NCBI GenBank assembly: GCA_963814375.1
Contig: CAWFCQ010000008.1
Coordinates: 1 to 64,000 of the forward strand
Reading direction: 5' to 3'
From: an uncultured Chloroflexia bacterium
Lineage (GTDB): Bacteria; Chloroflexota; Limnocylindria; QHBO01
DNA: 64,000 nucleotides
The first letter of the stretch is position 1, and the number at the start of each line of letters is the position of its first letter. The notes beneath the pieces were generated by a model. That model had not been told where the DNA came from. It was given only the letters and a program-made list of their open reading frames with translations, and ran no database searches. Of the stretch, positions 61,073-64,000 are shown in pieces. Both the position numbers and the translations under genes were made by a program.

Positions 61073-62113
61073 CTAGAACCCGTACTGCGTGTAGTCGCTG
61101 ACGTTCTCCTGGGTCACCGTCGTCGCGTCCAGCTGGACACGCTGCGGGACCTCGGACTCGGCCAGGTCGGTCAGGCCGCAGCCGTGCGCGATGAGCCGCG
61201 CCAGGTTGACGGCACTGGCCGCCATGATCGGGTTGTAGAGGAAGGTCGCCGCATAGATGCCGCCCTCCTCGATCGCCGCCATGGCATTCGCCGATCCGCC
61301 GGCGCCGGTGAGGATCATCTCGTCCTCGCGGCCGGCGTTCTCGATGGCCTGCACGACGCCCTCGGCCATGTCGTCATCGTGGGTGTACACCGCGTCGATG
61401 TGCTCGTTGGCCTGGAGGATCGTCTCCATCACCTCGCGGCCGGTATCGGCGTTGAAGTCGCCGGGCTGCGAGGCCACGACGTTGATGTTCGAGCCCTCGA
61501 TGGCGTCCATGAAGCCCTGCGTCCGCAGGTCGGTGACGCTGATGCCGGCGATGCCCTGGATCTCGACGACGATCGCCTCGTCCAGGTCCGCCAGCTGCTC
61601 GCGCAGGAAGAGCCCTGCCGAACGGCCGATGCCGTAGTTGTCACCACCGATCCACGTGCGGAACGCGGTCGGCGAGGCGAACTCGCGGTCGATGTTCACG
61701 ACCGGAATGCCGCGGTCCATCAGCTCCTGGGCGACCGGCGTCAGCGCCGCGCCGTCGTAGGGCAGGATGGCGATGGCGTCGAGATCCTGCTCGGCCAGGG
61801 TCCGGATGTTGTTCGCCTGCTGGTCGGCATCGGTGCCGCCATTGGCGGACCGGAATTCGACGTCGCTGTGGCTCGCGGCCTCTTCTTCAGCGCCGGTGAT
61901 GACGGCGCCGAGCCAGCCGTGGTCGGCGGCCGGGGCCGAGAAGCCGATGGTGACCGTCTCGGACTCGTCACATTCGCCCGATCCGGTCGTCCCGCCGCCT
62001 CCACTCGGGCTGGCGTCGTCCCCGCCGCACGCGGCCAGGACGAGCCCGAGCGCCACGGCGAGCGTCAGGAAGCGAGGGGCCGCGCCCGCGGCCGTCGTAC
62101 CGATGAGTCGCAT
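61073..62113 (-). CDS. Sugar ABC substrate-binding lipoprotein
   Basis: LAAC lipobox; PAADHGW, NIDR, GDN..IG periplasmic binding fold. Confidence 0.9.
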   Translation of the reverse strand: MRLIGTTAAGAAPRFLTLAVALGLVLAACGGDDASPSGGGGTTGSGECDESETVTIGFSAPAADHGWLGAVITGAEEEAASHSDVEFRSANGGTDADQQANNIRTLAEQDLDAIAILPYDGAALTPVAQELMDRGIPVVNIDREFASPTAFRTWIGGDNYGIGRSAGLFLREQLADLDEAIVVEIQGIAGISVTDLRTQGFMDAIEGSNINVVASQPGDFNADTGREVMETILQANEHIDAVYTHDDDMAEGVVQAIENAGREDEMILTGAGGSANAMAAIEEGGIYAATFLYNPIMAASAVNLARLIAHGCGLTDLAESEVPQRVQLDATTVTQENVSDYTQYGF

Positions 62114-62171
62114 CGTTTGCCATTCCTCCTCAGTGCTCCAGTTCACGCTGGACCGGCGGAGCGTTACCCGC

Positions 62172-63176
62172 CTACTCCTCCTGATCCGCGCGGCGCTGGA
62201 GCATGACCGCCGCGAGGATGATTGCGCCCTTGATGATGAGCTGGGCGTCGTAGCTCATGTTCTGCAGGACGAAGATGTTGGTGATCATGGTCAGGATCAG
62301 GACGCCGTAGAGAGTCCCGATCAGAGAGCCGCGACCGCCGAAAAGGCTCACGCCGCCGACCACCACGGCGGCAATCGCGTCGAGCTCGGCGCCGGCGCCG
62401 GCGCTCGGCTGGGCCGTCCCGGTACGCGCGCTGACGAGTACCGCCGCGATCCCGGCGCACAGCCCGGAGATGGCGTACACGGCGAATTCGGTGCGGCGGA
62501 CGGGGATGCCGGAGAGGCGAGCCGCGATTCGATTGCCACCGACGGCATAGATCTGACGGCCGAATACGGTCCGGTTCAGCCCGAACCATCCGATGGCCAT
62601 GATCGCGGCGAAGATGATGACGACGTAAGGGATCGTGTCGAATAGCCGCCCGGCACCGACGGCGATGTACGCCTCGTCCTCGATGCGGACCGGCGCCGCA
62701 CCGGTGATCGTCAGGGCAAGGCCACGGGCGATCGTCAGCATCGCGAGGGTGGCGATGAACGGGACGACGCGACCCCACGTCACGAGCAGCCCGTTGGCGA
62801 CGCCGACCGCCAGGCCGGTCAGGACGCCGGCGATGACCATGCCCGGCGGGCCGAAGTCGCTGAATGTCGCCGCCGCGACGCCGGCCAGGGCGATGACCGA
62901 GCCGACCGAGAGGTCGATCCCGGCGGTGAGGATCACGTAGGTCATGCCGACCGCGAGGATCCCGATGACCGATGCCTGGACCAGGATGTTGAGGACGTTG
63001 CCCCAGCGGATCTCGATGCCGTCCTCGAAGCTGATCAAGAAGAATGGGCTCGTCAGCGTTCCGATGATGATGATCACGAGGAGGGCGATGGGCAGGCCGT
63101 AGGACCGCCAGTTGGCGGCGACGAACCGGGCCCATTCGCCGATGCGGGACGAGGAGTCGGCGGTCGTGGTCGTCAT
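62172..63176 (-). CDS. Sugar ABC permease (RbsC-like)
   Basis: GIDLSVGS, PFIATL, GR.IYAVGGN, ELDAIAAVV.GG. Confidence 0.92.
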   Translation of the reverse strand: MTTTTADSSSRIGEWARFVAANWRSYGLPIALLVIIIIGTLTSPFFLISFEDGIEIRWGNVLNILVQASVIGILAVGMTYVILTAGIDLSVGSVIALAGVAAATFSDFGPPGMVIAGVLTGLAVGVANGLLVTWGRVVPFIATLAMLTIARGLALTITGAAPVRIEDEAYIAVGAGRLFDTIPYVVIIFAAIMAIGWFGLNRTVFGRQIYAVGGNRIAARLSGIPVRRTEFAVYAISGLCAGIAAVLVSARTGTAQPSAGAGAELDAIAAVVVGGVSLFGGRGSLIGTLYGVLILTMITNIFVLQNMSYDAQLIIKGAIILAAVMLQRRADQEE

Positions 63177-63177
63177 C

Positions 63178-64000
63178 TCAGGATGCCACCGACAGCTGTC
63201 GGTCGAGCAGCTCGCCCGGCGTTCCCGCGTGGATCCAGGTCGCCAGCGACTCGAGCGAGAACAGCTGGTCGGCGACCATCGACGCCGCCCCCGTCACGCC
63301 GGCGCGGTCACCCAGCGCCGAGCGCTGAATCAGCAGCTCGCGCGTGGCGAGTGGGAGCGAGCGGCGATACACCGTTTCCCGGATCGAGGCCAGGAACAGG
63401 TCGCCGCTGGCCGCGACGCCACCGCCGATGACGATCAGCGACGGATTGAAGAAGTTCACCATGCCCGCGAGCATGCCGCCGACCAGCCGCCCGGCTCGTT
63501 GGAGGAGCTCGACGCTTGCCGGCTCGCCGCGGCGCGCTGCCTCGGCGACGTCACCGGCGGTCACGCGTCCATGGCGAGCGAGGGCCGCTGCCAGCCATGG
63601 GTTCGCCGGGTCGGCCGCCATCTCGGTCGCGATTCGTGCGATCGCGCCACCTCCTGCCGCAGCCTCGAGGCAGCCCACGTTTCCGCACCGGCACACGACC
63701 GACGGGTCGTCGACGACCTGGATGTGGCCCACATCGCCGGCCGCTCCCTGGGCGCCGCGGTGGAGCTGTCCGTCCGAGATCAGCCCGGCGCCGATGCCCG
63801 TTCCGATCTTGATGAAGATGACATTGGCGTGGCCGGCGGCGATGCCCTCGCGCCACTCCCCGAGCGCCATGACGTTGACGTCGTTATCGACCCAGACCGG
63901 CGCGCCGAAGCGCTGGGTGAAACGCTCTCGGATGGCGAACCCGTCCCAGCCCGGCATGATCGGCGGCGACACCGGGCGGGCGGTGCGGAACTCGACCGGG
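63178..64000 (-). CDS. ROK family regulator (5'-truncated by the window edge)
   Basis: DNDVN..ALGE, GTGIGAG, GDVGH, CRCGNVGCLE. Confidence 0.9.
   Translation of the reverse strand, partial: PVEFRTARPVSPPIMPGWDGFAIRERFTQRFGAPVWVDNDVNVMALGEWREGIAAGHANVIFIKIGTGIGAGLISDGQLHRGAQGAAGDVGHIQVVDDPSVVCRCGNVGCLEAAAGGGAIARIATEMAADPANPWLAAALARHGRVTAGDVAEAARRGEPASVELLQRAGRLVGGMLAGMVNFFNPSLIVIGGGVAASGDLFLASIRETVYRRSLPLATRELLIQRSALGDRAGVTGAASMVADQLFSLESLATWIHAGTPGELLDRQLSVAS

Noticed and set aside
57345-64000. ROK / sugar ABC / Gfo-Idh-MocA / isomerase cluster as novel
   Set aside because: This is a common sugar or inositol catabolism arrangement; the substrate cannot be inferred from sequence alone.
1-64000. 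tRNA, rRNA, transposase, integrase or prophage genes
   Set aside because: None was recognisable by eye in the sequence or the ORF track.

Overview
High-GC bacterial window. Gene content (LPNTA-anchored proteins, class III cyclases, PAC2, ECF41) suggests a soil Chloroflexota- or Actinomycetota-like organism; this is inference only. Many genes carry single-base frameshifts, most consistent with long-read indel errors. Positions 1-28 kb form an accessory region: secreted and lipoproteins, a phosphoesterase/PLC with a Cys/Trp N-terminal domain, a metzincin, an ECF41 pair, a hydrolase-cyclase, a Het-C/Zn-PLC-PLAT protein, a UvrA2 with a duplicated 3' end and a large VWA adhesin. Positions 28-64 kb hold stress, regulatory and catabolic genes (SRPBCC/ArsR, RmuC-like, STAND cyclase, RhlE, polyamine and sugar ABC clusters). 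The most striking feature is an unannotated family of eight intergenic ~130-bp elements. Each complete copy has three TTACC-N6-GGTAA palindromic boxes at conserved, helically phased spacings (52 bp plus 61/62 or 73 bp) and inward CAACGGAGA terminal inverted motifs. Six copies partition the first 16 kb into cassette-like modules. A second 130-bp element with similar geometry but a different motif lies at 44.4 kb.
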